From Acidimicrobiales bacterium (GTDB lineage: Bacteria; Actinomycetota; Acidimicrobiia; Acidimicrobiales; Aldehydirespiratoraceae), in the NCBI GenBank assembly GCA_041687805.1, contig JBDNJK010000121.1, positions 19,222 to 83,221 on the forward strand: DNA of 64,000 nt, given 5' to 3'. Shown here one piece after another: positions 17,465 to 26,684 of the stretch (position 1 is the first letter of the stretch; each line of letters starts with the position of its first letter). The position numbers were made by a program, and so were the translations under genes. Under the pieces are notes generated by a model, which worked only from the letters and a program-made list of their open reading frames with translations, was not told where the DNA came from and made no database searches.

Positions 17465-19147
17465 ATGGAACGCGACTCGCTGATTGAGTACATCCGCCAC
17501 TCCGTGATAGGGCGCGATCAGATCGTCGACGGGGTTTTCGGCCCGCGGCCGGTGATCTACGCCGACTACACGGCATCGGGGCGTTCGCTGTCGTTCGTCG
17601 AGGACTACATCCGGCAGTCTGTGCTGCCGCTGTACGCCAATACCCACACCGAATCATCGGGCACCGGATTGCAGACCAGCCGATTCCGTGAGGATGCCCG
17701 AGAGATCATCAGGGAGAGCGTGGGTGCCACCGACAGCCACGCGGTGCTGTTCTGTGGGAGTGGATCGACTTATGCGATCGACCGCATGGTTGGCGTGTTG
17801 GGGCTCCGGCTTCCGGCCACCTTCATCGATCAGCACTCCGAGGGATTCGACCTACCGGCCGACCAGAGGCCGGTGGTGTTCATCGGACCCTACGAACATC
17901 ATTCCAACGAGCTTCCGTGGCGCGAGTCGATCGCTGATGTGGTCACCATCGACGAAGATGAGAACGGTCACATCGATCTGGAACATTTGCGGGTCGAACT
18001 CGAACGACGAGCCGACCGGCCATTGCTGATCGGCTCGTTCTCGGCCGCCTCCAACGTCACAGGGATTGTCACCGACACCGATGCGATCGCAGCGCTGCTA
18101 CACAGCCACGGAGCGCTGTCGTTCTGGGACTATGCGGCCGCGGCACCGTATGTTGAGATGTCGATGGGGTCCGCTGCCGACGGAAATCTGGCCTACAAGG
18201 ATGCCATCTTCATCTCGCCTCACAAATTCATCGGTGGCCCGGGAACCCCGGGGGTGTTGGTGGCCCGCAAGGAGCTTTTCAAAAACCGCGTGCCCGATGT
18301 TCCGGGCGGCGGCACGGTCAAGTTCGTCAATGCCGATGATCACGCCTATTTGGATGAGATCGAACATCGCGAGGAGGGCGGAACCCCGGCGATCGTCGAG
18401 TCGATTCGTGCCGGTCTGGTGTTCCAACTCAAGGGCGCGGTCGGTGCCGACGAAATTCGCCGTCGAGAAGAGAGTTTTGTTTCTCGCGCAGTGAAGGCTT
18501 GGGACGAGAACCCAGCTATCTGGCTGCTGGGTAACCATGATGCGGAGCGGTTGTCGATTGTGTCGTTCGTTGTCCGTCACGGCGACCGTCACCTTCATCA
18601 CAATTATGTTGTGGCGTTGCTCAACGACCTGTTCGGGATTCAATCACGAGGCGGATGCTCTTGCGCCGGCCCATACGGTCACCGACTTCTTCACATCGAC
18701 ATCGTTGAATCTCACGAGTTCGAACGCGAGATTTCACGCGGATGTGAGGGCATCAAACCGGGCTGGGTGCGAGTCAATTTCAACTATTTCATCGACGAGG
18801 CGGTGTTTGACTACGTAGTGAAAGCGGTTGACCTCGTTGCCACTCACGGAGCCAAGTTGCTTCCCTTTTACCGCCTGGAACCAAACACGGGTATCTGGCG
18901 TCATCGCAGCGGCGCGAGCCCTGTGCCGATGACGCTGCACGACATCGACTACTCGAGTGGATGCATGGAGTACCCGCAGCACGATGAGTACGCGCCGGCC
19001 GAATCTCTAAACCACTATCTCGAAGAGGCCCAACGAATTTTTGATGACGCTGAGAATCATCTACCGAATCCAGTGGGGCGGCCAGAGGTGAGCGCCGATT
19101 TCGAAAGCCTCCGATGGTTTCCTCTGCCGGACGAGCTTCGTAGCTGA
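17465..19147 (+). CDS. aminotransferase class V-fold PLP enzyme (NifS/cysteine-desulfurase-like, long form)
   Basis: PLP-lysine motif SPHKFIGGPGTPGVL. C-terminal GGCSCAGPYG region. 560 aa. Confidence 0.75.
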   Translation: MERDSLIEYIRHSVIGRDQIVDGVFGPRPVIYADYTASGRSLSFVEDYIRQSVLPLYANTHTESSGTGLQTSRFREDAREIIRESVGATDSHAVLFCGSGSTYAIDRMVGVLGLRLPATFIDQHSEGFDLPADQRPVVFIGPYEHHSNELPWRESIADVVTIDEDENGHIDLEHLRVELERRADRPLLIGSFSAASNVTGIVTDTDAIAALLHSHGALSFWDYAAAAPYVEMSMGSAADGNLAYKDAIFISPHKFIGGPGTPGVLVARKELFKNRVPDVPGGGTVKFVNADDHAYLDEIEHREEGGTPAIVESIRAGLVFQLKGAVGADEIRRREESFVSRAVKAWDENPAIWLLGNHDAERLSIVSFVVRHGDRHLHHNYVVALLNDLFGIQSRGGCSCAGPYGHRLLHIDIVESHEFEREISRGCEGIKPGWVRVNFNYFIDEAVFDYVVKAVDLVATHGAKLLPFYRLEPNTGIWRHRSGASPVPMTLHDIDYSSGCMEYPQHDEYAPAESLNHYLEEAQRIFDDAENHLPNPVGRPEVSADFESLRWFPLPDELRS

Positions 19148-19226
19148 AGACCAGCTTCGCCGACCTGACAATCAGGATTGGTTGGCGGTCTGGCCCGGGC
19201 GCTGAAATGTCTGGCAGACTGCCGCC

Positions 19227-19415
19227 ATGGTTGGAGCGATCATTCTCATCGTTGTGCTGGTTGTTGCGATGCCGGTGGGCGTCGCCGCTAGCGGAGCGGC
19301 AGGGGCCGGCCTACTCGGGTGGCTGATGGGGCGCGACCGCGACCTCGACAATCTCGACGACGAGGGCCAGCCAAACGAACATCTTCAGATCGCCGATTCC
19401 AACCCTTGGAAATAG
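19227..19415 (+). CDS. small membrane protein (hypothetical)
   Basis: 62 aa with one clear N-terminal TM helix and an acidic tail. No homolog recognised. Confidence 0.4.
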   Translation: MVGAIILIVVLVVAMPVGVAASGAAGAGLLGWLMGRDRDLDNLDDEGQPNEHLQIADSNPWK

Positions 19416-19476
19416 ATTCGGCCCAAGGGAACTAGTTGGATCCGACGGGAGCGAACCGCGAGGCCAACGAACCTGA

Positions 19477-20169
19477 TCAGGCGCTCCAGCGACTCTTGCC
19501 AAACGAATAACCAACCGAGCGAACGGTTTGGACCAAGCTGGCATATTCCTCGCCAAGCTTGGCGCGTAAGCGCCGGATGTGGACATCGACAGTTCGAGCG
19601 CCGCCGTAATATTCGTAACCCCAGACTCGGCTGAGCAAGGTCTCCCGGCTGAAGACCTTGCCTGGATGACCGGCCAGGAACTTCAGCAGTTCGTACTCCA
19701 TGTAGGTGAGATCCAGCGGGCGATCACCGATCACCGCCTGATAGGTCTCGAGATTCATCATCAGAGGACCGTGTTCGATCAATTGCGGCGACGACTCGTG
19801 TCCGGCCCTTTGGAACAAATGCTTGAGACGGGCCTCCAGCTCCACGGGCTGGAACGGGAGGAGGCAAAAGTCATCGAATTGGTCGTCGTGAGTCTCGAGT
19901 TCCGACAAATGTGCGCCACCCACCAGAACAATTATTCGCGAGACGGCGAAATCAGCCCCGCGAATTGAACGACAGAACCTGAGCGTCTCGTCGAGAGTCA
20001 CGGCGGGGTCGGTGTCGGTGACGATGATTGCGCCGGCCCATCCATCGTCGGGCTCGGATCGGCGAGCCTCGTCGATATTTGAAACCGCCTTCCAAGCCCA
20101 CCCGCCGAGATCAAGGGCGCGGGCAAGCTCCGGGGGGACGGGTTCGGGGTGGACCAAGATCGGATCCAT
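19477..20169 (-). CDS. OmpR/PhoB-type winged-helix regulator with atypical (pseudo-)receiver domain, possibly GlnR-like
   Basis: C-terminus LTYMEYELLKFLAGHPGKVFSRETLL...VDVHIRRLRAKLG is a typical OmpR output domain. The receiver lacks the N-terminal acidic pair and has DDFCLLPF where DDxxxKPF is expected. Lies 16 bp downstream of glnA. ATG at 20169. Confidence 0.75.
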   Translation of the reverse strand: MDPILVHPEPVPPELARALDLGGWAWKAVSNIDEARRSEPDDGWAGAIIVTDTDPAVTLDETLRFCRSIRGADFAVSRIIVLVGGAHLSELETHDDQFDDFCLLPFQPVELEARLKHLFQRAGHESSPQLIEHGPLMMNLETYQAVIGDRPLDLTYMEYELLKFLAGHPGKVFSRETLLSRVWGYEYYGGARTVDVHIRRLRAKLGEEYASLVQTVRSVGYSFGKSRWSA

Positions 20170-20185
20170 GACGGTCACCCTACGG

Positions 20186-21523
20186 TTACCACTGCGGTAG
20201 ATACCTCTCGAGTTCGAACTGAGTGACCTGCGACTGGAACTCCGCCCACTCTGATCGCTTGTTGCGAAGGAACCATTCGAAGATGTGGTCGCCGAGAGTT
20301 TCACGCACCAGCTCCGATCCTTCCATCACGTCGAGTGCTTCGTCGAGCGACCGCGGCAACGGTTGGATTCCGAGGGCGCGGCGTTGCTTGTCATCGAGTT
20401 CGAAAAGGTTGACGTCGGTGGCATCAGGGAGTTCGTATCCCTCGGTGATGCCGCGCAGCCCGGCGGCGAGGAGAAGCGAGAACGACAGATATGGGTTGGT
20501 AGCACCGTCGAGGGCGCGGTATTCGATGCGTGCCGACTCGGATTTGGCCATCTTGCGCACGGGCACGCGCACCAACGCAGATCGGTTGTTTCGTGCCCAA
20601 GCAACATACGGAGGTGCTTCGGAAGTCTCGGCAAACCGCTTGTAGCTGTTGATCAACTGATTGGAGACGGCGGTGATCTCTCGTGCGTGGCGCAGGACAC
20701 CGGCTGTGAATTGTCGGGCAGTTGTCGAGATTCCGTATTCGTCATCGGGGTCGTGAAAGATGTTGGTTCCGGATTCGAAGAGCGAGAGATGTGTGTGCAT
20801 CCCCGAGCCTTGAACGCCGTTCAATGGCTTCGGCATGAAAGTGGCGTAGGTATCGTGTTCGAAAGCGATCTTCTTGACTACCAGTCGCAACGTCATGATG
20901 TTGTCGGCCATGTCGAGCGCCTCGGTGTAGCGCAGGTCGATCTCGTGTTGGCTCGGGCTGTCCTCATGGAATGAGTACTCGATCGGAATGCCCATCGCTT
21001 CGAGCATGTGGATGGTCTGGCGACGCAGATCGCTGGAAACATCGGCGGTTGTCAGGTCGAAGTAGGAGGCGGTGTCGAGCGGTTTTGGAGCGCCCAATTT
21101 CGGGTCGCCCGATGCGAAGTAGAAGAACTCGACCTCGGGCGCCGCCATAAACGTGAGGCCACGTGAGCGAGCAGCGTCGAGGTTGCGTCGAAGCACTTGC
21201 CGGGGGTCGCCCTCGAAGGCCGAACCATCGAGGTTGGCAATGTCGCAAAACATCCGGCCGGTTGGCTCATCCTCTGCGGCCCATGGCAGCAAATCAAAGG
21301 TTGCTGCATCGGGAATTGCCAGCACATCTGACTCGTGAACTCGGCTGAAACCGTCGATAGCGGTGCCGTCGAACTGCACCCCTTCGGCGAAAGCAGAATC
21401 GAGGTCGGGGGGCGTTATGGCCACCGACTTGAGTCGACCGAGGACATCTGTGAACCAGAGGCGAACGAGTCGCACGCCGCGCTCTTCTATGGTCCGCAGC
21501 ACATAATCCTGTTGACGTTGCAT
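20186..21523 (-). CDS. glnA: glutamine synthetase type I (GlnA2-like)
   Basis: MQRQQDYVLRTIEERGVRLVRLWFTDVLG... closely parallels mycobacterial GlnA2. Start moved to the ATG at 21523 (445 aa). Confidence 0.85.
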   Translation of the reverse strand: MQRQQDYVLRTIEERGVRLVRLWFTDVLGRLKSVAITPPDLDSAFAEGVQFDGTAIDGFSRVHESDVLAIPDAATFDLLPWAAEDEPTGRMFCDIANLDGSAFEGDPRQVLRRNLDAARSRGLTFMAAPEVEFFYFASGDPKLGAPKPLDTASYFDLTTADVSSDLRRQTIHMLEAMGIPIEYSFHEDSPSQHEIDLRYTEALDMADNIMTLRLVVKKIAFEHDTYATFMPKPLNGVQGSGMHTHLSLFESGTNIFHDPDDEYGISTTARQFTAGVLRHAREITAVSNQLINSYKRFAETSEAPPYVAWARNNRSALVRVPVRKMAKSESARIEYRALDGATNPYLSFSLLLAAGLRGITEGYELPDATDVNLFELDDKQRRALGIQPLPRSLDEALDVMEGSELVRETLGDHIFEWFLRNKRSEWAEFQSQVTQFELERYLPQW

Positions 21524-21596
21524 ACCGATCTCCGAATGTGGCCGGGCAACTGATGATGCCATTGACGATGATGACGCGGCCCATAATCGGTATGCG

Positions 21597-21647
21597 TTCA
21601 CATACCGTTCACAAAAGTGCAACAGCTTGGAAACTCTGTGTTGGAAC
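21597..21647. promoter_or_regulatory. phased pentamer array (candidate GlnR/OmpR-type operator) between divergent glnA and glnII
   Basis: TTCAC (21597), TTCAC (21608), GCAAC (21619) and GAAAC (21630) fall at an exact 11-bp spacing, plus GGAAC at 21643. Resembles the published GlnR box gTnAc-n6-GaAAc. Confidence 0.35.
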
Positions 21648-21730
21648 GCTGCCTGCCATGTCACCACAATGATGGTGCTCCCCAACAACATCCCGATCCC
21701 GCGAGGGGCGGGCCAAGAAAGTGAACTCAT

Positions 21731-22747
21731 ATGGCTTACCGGGCTGAATATCTGTGGATCGACGGCAGCGAACCGACGCGAGAGATTCGTTCCAAGACGA
21801 AAGTGCTCGCCGACGGCGCCGAGCCCGGGCAGTGGGGCTTTGACGGGTCGAGCACCAATCAGGCATCAGGCGACAACTCCGACGTAGTGCTCAATCCGGT
21901 GTTTCAGTGCCCCGACCCGACTCGCGGCGGTGACGATATTCTCGTTCTTTGTGAGACACTGCTGCCGACCGACATGTCGCCGCATCCCACCAACACTCGT
22001 GCCATTGCGGCGGTAGCGCTTGCCAAGTTTGCGGACCAGGAACCGGTCTTCGGCCTGGAGCAGGAATACACCCTGATCAACCCGACTACTGGCTGGCCCG
22101 CCGGATTCCCGCCCAACGGTTTCCCGGCCCCCCAGGGCCCCTACTACTGCGGTGTCGGTGCCCTCAAAATTCATGGCCGTGATCTCATCGAAGAGCACAC
22201 AGCGGCCTGCATCGCAGCGGGTCTGGCGATTTCCGGCACCAACGCCGAGGTGATGCCCGGGCAATGGGAGTTCCAAATCGGCCCGGTCGACACCGTCACG
22301 GTGGGCGATCACCTTTGGGTGGCCCGTTACCTCCTCTACCGTCTCGCTGAAGATCATGGCGTCGAGGTCAGCATCGAGGCCAAGCCGATGCCCGGAGACT
22401 GGAACGGCGCAGGAATGCACACCAACTTCTCGACAAAATTCATGCGTGAGGGCCCCTACGAGCACATCGTTTCTGCTTGCGAAGCGATGGGAGCCCTGGG
22501 AAAACCCGCGGAGCACATCAAGTCCTACGGTGTCGGCATCGAAGATCGCCTGACCGGAGCGCACGAGACCCAACGATTCAACCAGTTCAGCTATGGCGTC
22601 TCCGATCGCGGTGCTTCGATTCGCATCCCGTGGCAGGTGGCCAGGGATGGCAAGGGCTACATCGAGGATCGTCGACCCAACGCCAACGCTGATCCCTACG
22701 TGGTGTCGGCTCTGGTTACAAACACCATCTGTGGTGCCTTGGCCTGA
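21731..22747 (+). CDS. glnII: glutamine synthetase type II
   Basis: 338 aa. MAYRAEYLWIDG... has the eukaryote-like GSII architecture seen in Streptomyces GlnII. Confidence 0.85.
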   Translation: MAYRAEYLWIDGSEPTREIRSKTKVLADGAEPGQWGFDGSSTNQASGDNSDVVLNPVFQCPDPTRGGDDILVLCETLLPTDMSPHPTNTRAIAAVALAKFADQEPVFGLEQEYTLINPTTGWPAGFPPNGFPAPQGPYYCGVGALKIHGRDLIEEHTAACIAAGLAISGTNAEVMPGQWEFQIGPVDTVTVGDHLWVARYLLYRLAEDHGVEVSIEAKPMPGDWNGAGMHTNFSTKFMREGPYEHIVSACEAMGALGKPAEHIKSYGVGIEDRLTGAHETQRFNQFSYGVSDRGASIRIPWQVARDGKGYIEDRRPNANADPYVVSALVTNTICGALA

Positions 22748-22787
22748 CCCAGCCTTTGGGGTGGCCGCCGTAGGATGAGGAAATGAT

Positions 22788-24575
22788 GTGTCCGAACGGC
22801 GATCAATGACCAAACCCACCGGTGAATTTCTGCGGGTAGCGATCTGTCAGATCGATACGACCGTGGGCGATCTGGAAGGCAACGTCAAACGAGCTCAGGA
22901 TGCGCTGGCCGAGGCAGAATCGGCCGGCGCAGACGTTGCCGTGATGCCAGAGATGACCATCACTGGGTATCCGCCTGAAGATCTGCTGTTGAAGCCCGGA
23001 TTTGTGGCCGACAGTCGTGTCGCGCTCGGAAAATTTGCGGCATCGACCGGCCGATGTGCGGCCGTGATCGGATTCGCCGATGGCGCCGCCGGTGTTGATG
23101 CCGACCACCGTTGGGTGCCCGGCACCGATGGAACCGTCCGTTACTCCAACGGCGTCTGGAATGCGGTCGCGGTTTGCGCAGGTGGACGGGTCGCAGGCAC
23201 CTATCACAAACGGCATCTGCCCAACTACGACGTATTCGACGAGCTGCGTCATTTCCGTCCTGGCAACGGATCGTTGTCGTTGTTCACCATTTCTGGGATT
23301 CCGATCGGTGTCACGCTGTGCGAAGACGCATGGATCCCCGACGGACCGGTCTCACAGTTGGCTCGGGGCGGGGCTCGAATGGTCATCAACGTCAACGGGT
23401 CACCGTTTCGAGAGGGCAAGGCCGAGGTCAGGGAGAACGTGATCTGTCGGCGGGTTTCCGAGTCCGGAATACCGATCGTCTACGTCAATTTGGTTGGCGG
23501 TCAGGATGAACTCGTCTTCGACGGCGGATCGTTCATGGTTGATGCCGACGGCGCCGTGGCGGCGCGTTGCACACAGTTCAACGAGTCGATCGCGATAGTC
23601 GACGTCGAGCTCCCTCCGCAGACGCCGACTCTCGACTCCTATCCAGTCGTGGCAGTAACGCCTGCTCGTGACACTCCGCTTGAACGAGTCGATCCTCCTA
23701 TGGAGCCTCTGCTCGATATCAACGAGGAACGCTGGCGTGCTCTCACGTTGGCCACCCACGACTACGTGGTCAAGACCGGGTTCTCCGACGTATGTGTCGG
23801 GTTGTCGGGAGGTATCGACTCCTCACTGGTTGCGGCCGTGGCTGTGCACGCTCTGGGCCCAGACCATGTGCACGGGGTGCTCATGCCGTCGCGTTACTCG
23901 AGTGATCACTCGATCTCCGATGCCGAGGCATTGGCCACCAACCTGCACATCGATGTCCGCACAATCGAGATCGAGCCTGCTCACGCTGCGTTCACTACGA
24001 TGCTCGCACCGGCCCTTGCAGATGAGAGGGTCGATGTCGGCGATCTCACCGATCAAAATCTCCAATCGCGGATCCGTGGCGTAGTCCTGATGGCGCTCGC
24101 CAACGAGCACGGTTGGCTTGTTCTCACAACCGGCAACAAGAGCGAGTCGGCTGTTGGATACTCAACGCTTTATGGAGACACGGCTGGCGCATACGCGGTG
24201 ATCAAGGACGTCTGGAAGTTGACCGTCTACGAGTTGTGTCGGTGGCGCAATGAGGTGTCCGATCGAGAAATCATTCCGCAAGCAGTGATCGAAAAGCCAC
24301 CATCAGCAGAGCTTCGGCCCGATCAACGCGACGATCAGTCACTTCCACCATATGAAGTTCTCGATCCAATCCTTCAGGCCTACGTAGAAGGAGATCACAC
24401 ACTCGCCGAGGTGATGGCAATGGACCTCGCCGAACCCGAGATGGTGACAGAAGTGTGCCGTCTGGTCGACATAGCGGAATACAAGCGGCGACAGGCGCCT
24501 CTCGGCGCCCGTCTCACCGGAAAGGCGTTCGGACGCGACCGACGCCTTCCGATCGTCAACAGGTATCGCGGTTGA
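22788..24575 (+). CDS. nadE: glutamine-dependent NAD+ synthetase
   Basis: N-terminal CN-hydrolase domain followed by the PP-loop GLSGGIDSS. 595 aa. Confidence 0.9.
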   Translation: MSERRSMTKPTGEFLRVAICQIDTTVGDLEGNVKRAQDALAEAESAGADVAVMPEMTITGYPPEDLLLKPGFVADSRVALGKFAASTGRCAAVIGFADGAAGVDADHRWVPGTDGTVRYSNGVWNAVAVCAGGRVAGTYHKRHLPNYDVFDELRHFRPGNGSLSLFTISGIPIGVTLCEDAWIPDGPVSQLARGGARMVINVNGSPFREGKAEVRENVICRRVSESGIPIVYVNLVGGQDELVFDGGSFMVDADGAVAARCTQFNESIAIVDVELPPQTPTLDSYPVVAVTPARDTPLERVDPPMEPLLDINEERWRALTLATHDYVVKTGFSDVCVGLSGGIDSSLVAAVAVHALGPDHVHGVLMPSRYSSDHSISDAEALATNLHIDVRTIEIEPAHAAFTTMLAPALADERVDVGDLTDQNLQSRIRGVVLMALANEHGWLVLTTGNKSESAVGYSTLYGDTAGAYAVIKDVWKLTVYELCRWRNEVSDREIIPQAVIEKPPSAELRPDQRDDQSLPPYEVLDPILQAYVEGDHTLAEVMAMDLAEPEMVTEVCRLVDIAEYKRRQAPLGARLTGKAFGRDRRLPIVNRYRG

Positions 24576-24696
24576 ACACGGGCGTTGCAGCCACCACGCC
24601 GCCGGCATTCGCCGTGTATGGCAGATTTAGTCAACATTGCGCACTACCGTCGCCCGCGCCGGAGCTAGGGGTGTTGCAGAAACCGGATAGAGACAA

Positions 24697-25260
24697 ATGG
24701 AAAATGGATTGACAGTCCTCGAAACAGCCCGACTCGTCGAAGACCTGCACTGGGCCTCGTCGCGGTTGTTCGAAATTCTGGGTGAGTGGGCCGGTGAAGC
24801 CGAGAGGCCCGACATTGCGGTCTCGTTCGCCACGGCGAGTCGCCACATGGGCTGGCATTCCGAAGATTTGGATGCGCTCGCGCCCGACAGCGTGTTGGTC
24901 GCCGACGACCCCTCGTCCGAAATTCGGTTTCGTCTTCTCGATGCCGCAATGACCACCATTCGTAGCCGAGCTGACTCCATCGATAATCTGGCAATAGCGA
25001 ATCGTGTGCTGCTGGCGAGGATGGCCTCACGTTGTGTCGCCATCGAGAGAATGGCAACAACCCAATCCGATGAGCCCCTCAAACGGGTGATCGGTTTCAT
25101 GCTCAGCGATCTCCGACGCGACCGCGACGACGGTGAGGCGCTGCTGGAGCGACTGCTCACCAGTTCGGAGATAGTCGCCAGGGTTGGGTCGGCCTCGATC
25201 GAGGCCGAGACACTCATCGTTGAAGCCGGGGGTCTGCCACCTTCCATCAACGCTGGTTGA
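24697..25260 (+). CDS. hypothetical protein
   Basis: The plus frame has protein-like composition and GC-rich third positions. The overlapping minus-strand ORF (24627..25250) is Ser/Arg-rich and looks like an antisense artefact. Confidence 0.5.
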   Translation: MENGLTVLETARLVEDLHWASSRLFEILGEWAGEAERPDIAVSFATASRHMGWHSEDLDALAPDSVLVADDPSSEIRFRLLDAAMTTIRSRADSIDNLAIANRVLLARMASRCVAIERMATTQSDEPLKRVIGFMLSDLRRDRDDGEALLERLLTSSEIVARVGSASIEAETLIVEAGGLPPSINAG

Positions 25261-25474
25261 CGAGCCGTTCAGAGAATCGGTCTGGGCCGTATGGCTCAAA
25301 TCATGAGTAGCGCGTCGAAATCGATCATGTGTCAACGGCAACATTCCGATTGGACCGGAGTCAGTTGTTCGGTGGCGCGCAGTAGATCCGTCGCTATCGT
25401 CTTCCAGAGGCAAGGTGTGTCCGACGACTCACCGTCAGCGAATCCAAACGACGAACACCAACGAAGGGCAGTCC

Positions 25475-26413
25475 GTGGCGAAGGAACGTGTTGAGCGAGA
25501 CGAGGAAGATCTTGTTCGCCTCTATCTCACGGACATCGGCCAGTACCCGCTGCTCACCAAAGACGACGAAGTCAACCTTGCCCAGAAGATTGAAGCTGGC
25601 ACAGAGGCTCACGTTGAGCTTGAGCTACCCGATGTGAAATTGACCACGGCTCGTCGCCGTGAGCTCCGGCGATCTCTCCGCCAGGGTGAGAAGGCCGAGC
25701 GCACGTTCGTACAGTCAAATCTTCGTCTGGTCGTGTCGATCGCCAAGAAGTATCAGGCGTCGGGACTACCCCTCTTGGATCTCATCCAAGAAGGCAACCT
25801 CGGGCTGATGCACGCTGTCGAGAAATTCGATTGGCGTAAGGGATTCAAGTTCTCGACATATGCCACATGGTGGATTCGCCAGGCCATCACCCGCGGAATC
25901 GCCAACACCGGTCGCACCATTCGTCTTCCAGTCCATGCCGGCGACACCTTGGCTCGTCTTCAAAAAGCCCGTTCGCGGCTTGAGCTCAAGTATGGCCGTG
26001 CTGCCACCGTGGCCGAGTTGGCCCGCGAAGTGGAGATGCCTGAAGAGAAGGTCACCGAGGCGCTGCGATTTGCTGCCGAGCCGCTTTCGTTGTCCGAACC
26101 TCTCCGTGAAGACGGCGACGCCGAACTGGGCGATGTCGTGGAGGATCGTTCGGCCGACTCGCCATTCGAAGTTGCGGCAACATCACTGCTGCCGGACGAG
26201 ATCTCGCGACTACTTGCACCGCTCGATGAGCGCGAACGCGAGATTCTCAAGCTCAGGTTCGGGCTTGATCGCGGCGAACCCCGCACCCTTGAAGAGGTGG
26301 GCGACCACTTCAGCCTCACTCGTGAGCGCATCCGCCAGATCGAGGCGCGGGCAATGTCGAAGCTCCGACATCCATCGTCCGACACCGGGGCGCGCGACCT
26401 ACTGAGCGTCTGA
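25475..26413 (+). CDS. sigma-70 family sigma factor, group 1/2 (HrdB/SigB-like)
   Basis: Regions 1.2 to 4.2 are recognisable ([12 protein letters not shown]; [38 protein letters not shown]; [19 protein letters not shown]). GTG at 25475 proposed as start. Confidence 0.85.
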   Translation: MAKERVERDEEDLVRLYLTDIGQYPLLTKDDEVNLAQKIEAGTEAHVELELPDVKLTTARRRELRRSLRQGEKAERTFVQSNLRLVVSIAKKYQASGLPLLDLIQEGNLGLMHAVEKFDWRKGFKFSTYATWWIRQAITRGIANTGRTIRLPVHAGDTLARLQKARSRLELKYGRAATVAELAREVEMPEEKVTEALRFAAEPLSLSEPLREDGDAELGDVVEDRSADSPFEVAATSLLPDEISRLLAPLDEREREILKLRFGLDRGEPRTLEEVGDHFSLTRERIRQIEARAMSKLRHPSSDTGARDLLSV

Positions 26414-26466
26414 TCTGTCGGTTCTTTGGAGTCCGGCCGACTGGTCTCGCCGATAGATTTCCCCGT

Positions 26467-26562
26467 GGAGGTGTCCGAGCGCCTGGTGGGCTCCCCCGCC
26501 TTCAAAGCGGGCGGGACGGGTGATCCCCGTCCGGCGGGTTCGATTCCCGTCCACCTCCGCCA
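26467..26562 (+). tRNA. selC: tRNA-Sec (anticodon UCA), CCA encoded
   Basis: 96 nt. Acceptor GGAGGTG/CACCTCC. Anticodon arm CCCGC-CTTCAAA-GCGGG with UCA flanked by U33/A37. 7-bp long variable arm GGACGGG/CCCGTCC. T arm GCGGG-TTCGATT-CCCGT. 3' GCCA. Confidence 0.8.
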
Positions 26563-26684
26563 ACCCGCTTCCACTTGCCGATCCGGTTGGCTATGTTGGC
26601 AACATGACCAAGAAGCGAGTTGTTCTGGCGATCATTCTCGGCGGATTGCTGATGATGCTTTCGCGCAAAGTCCGCGACGTCTGA

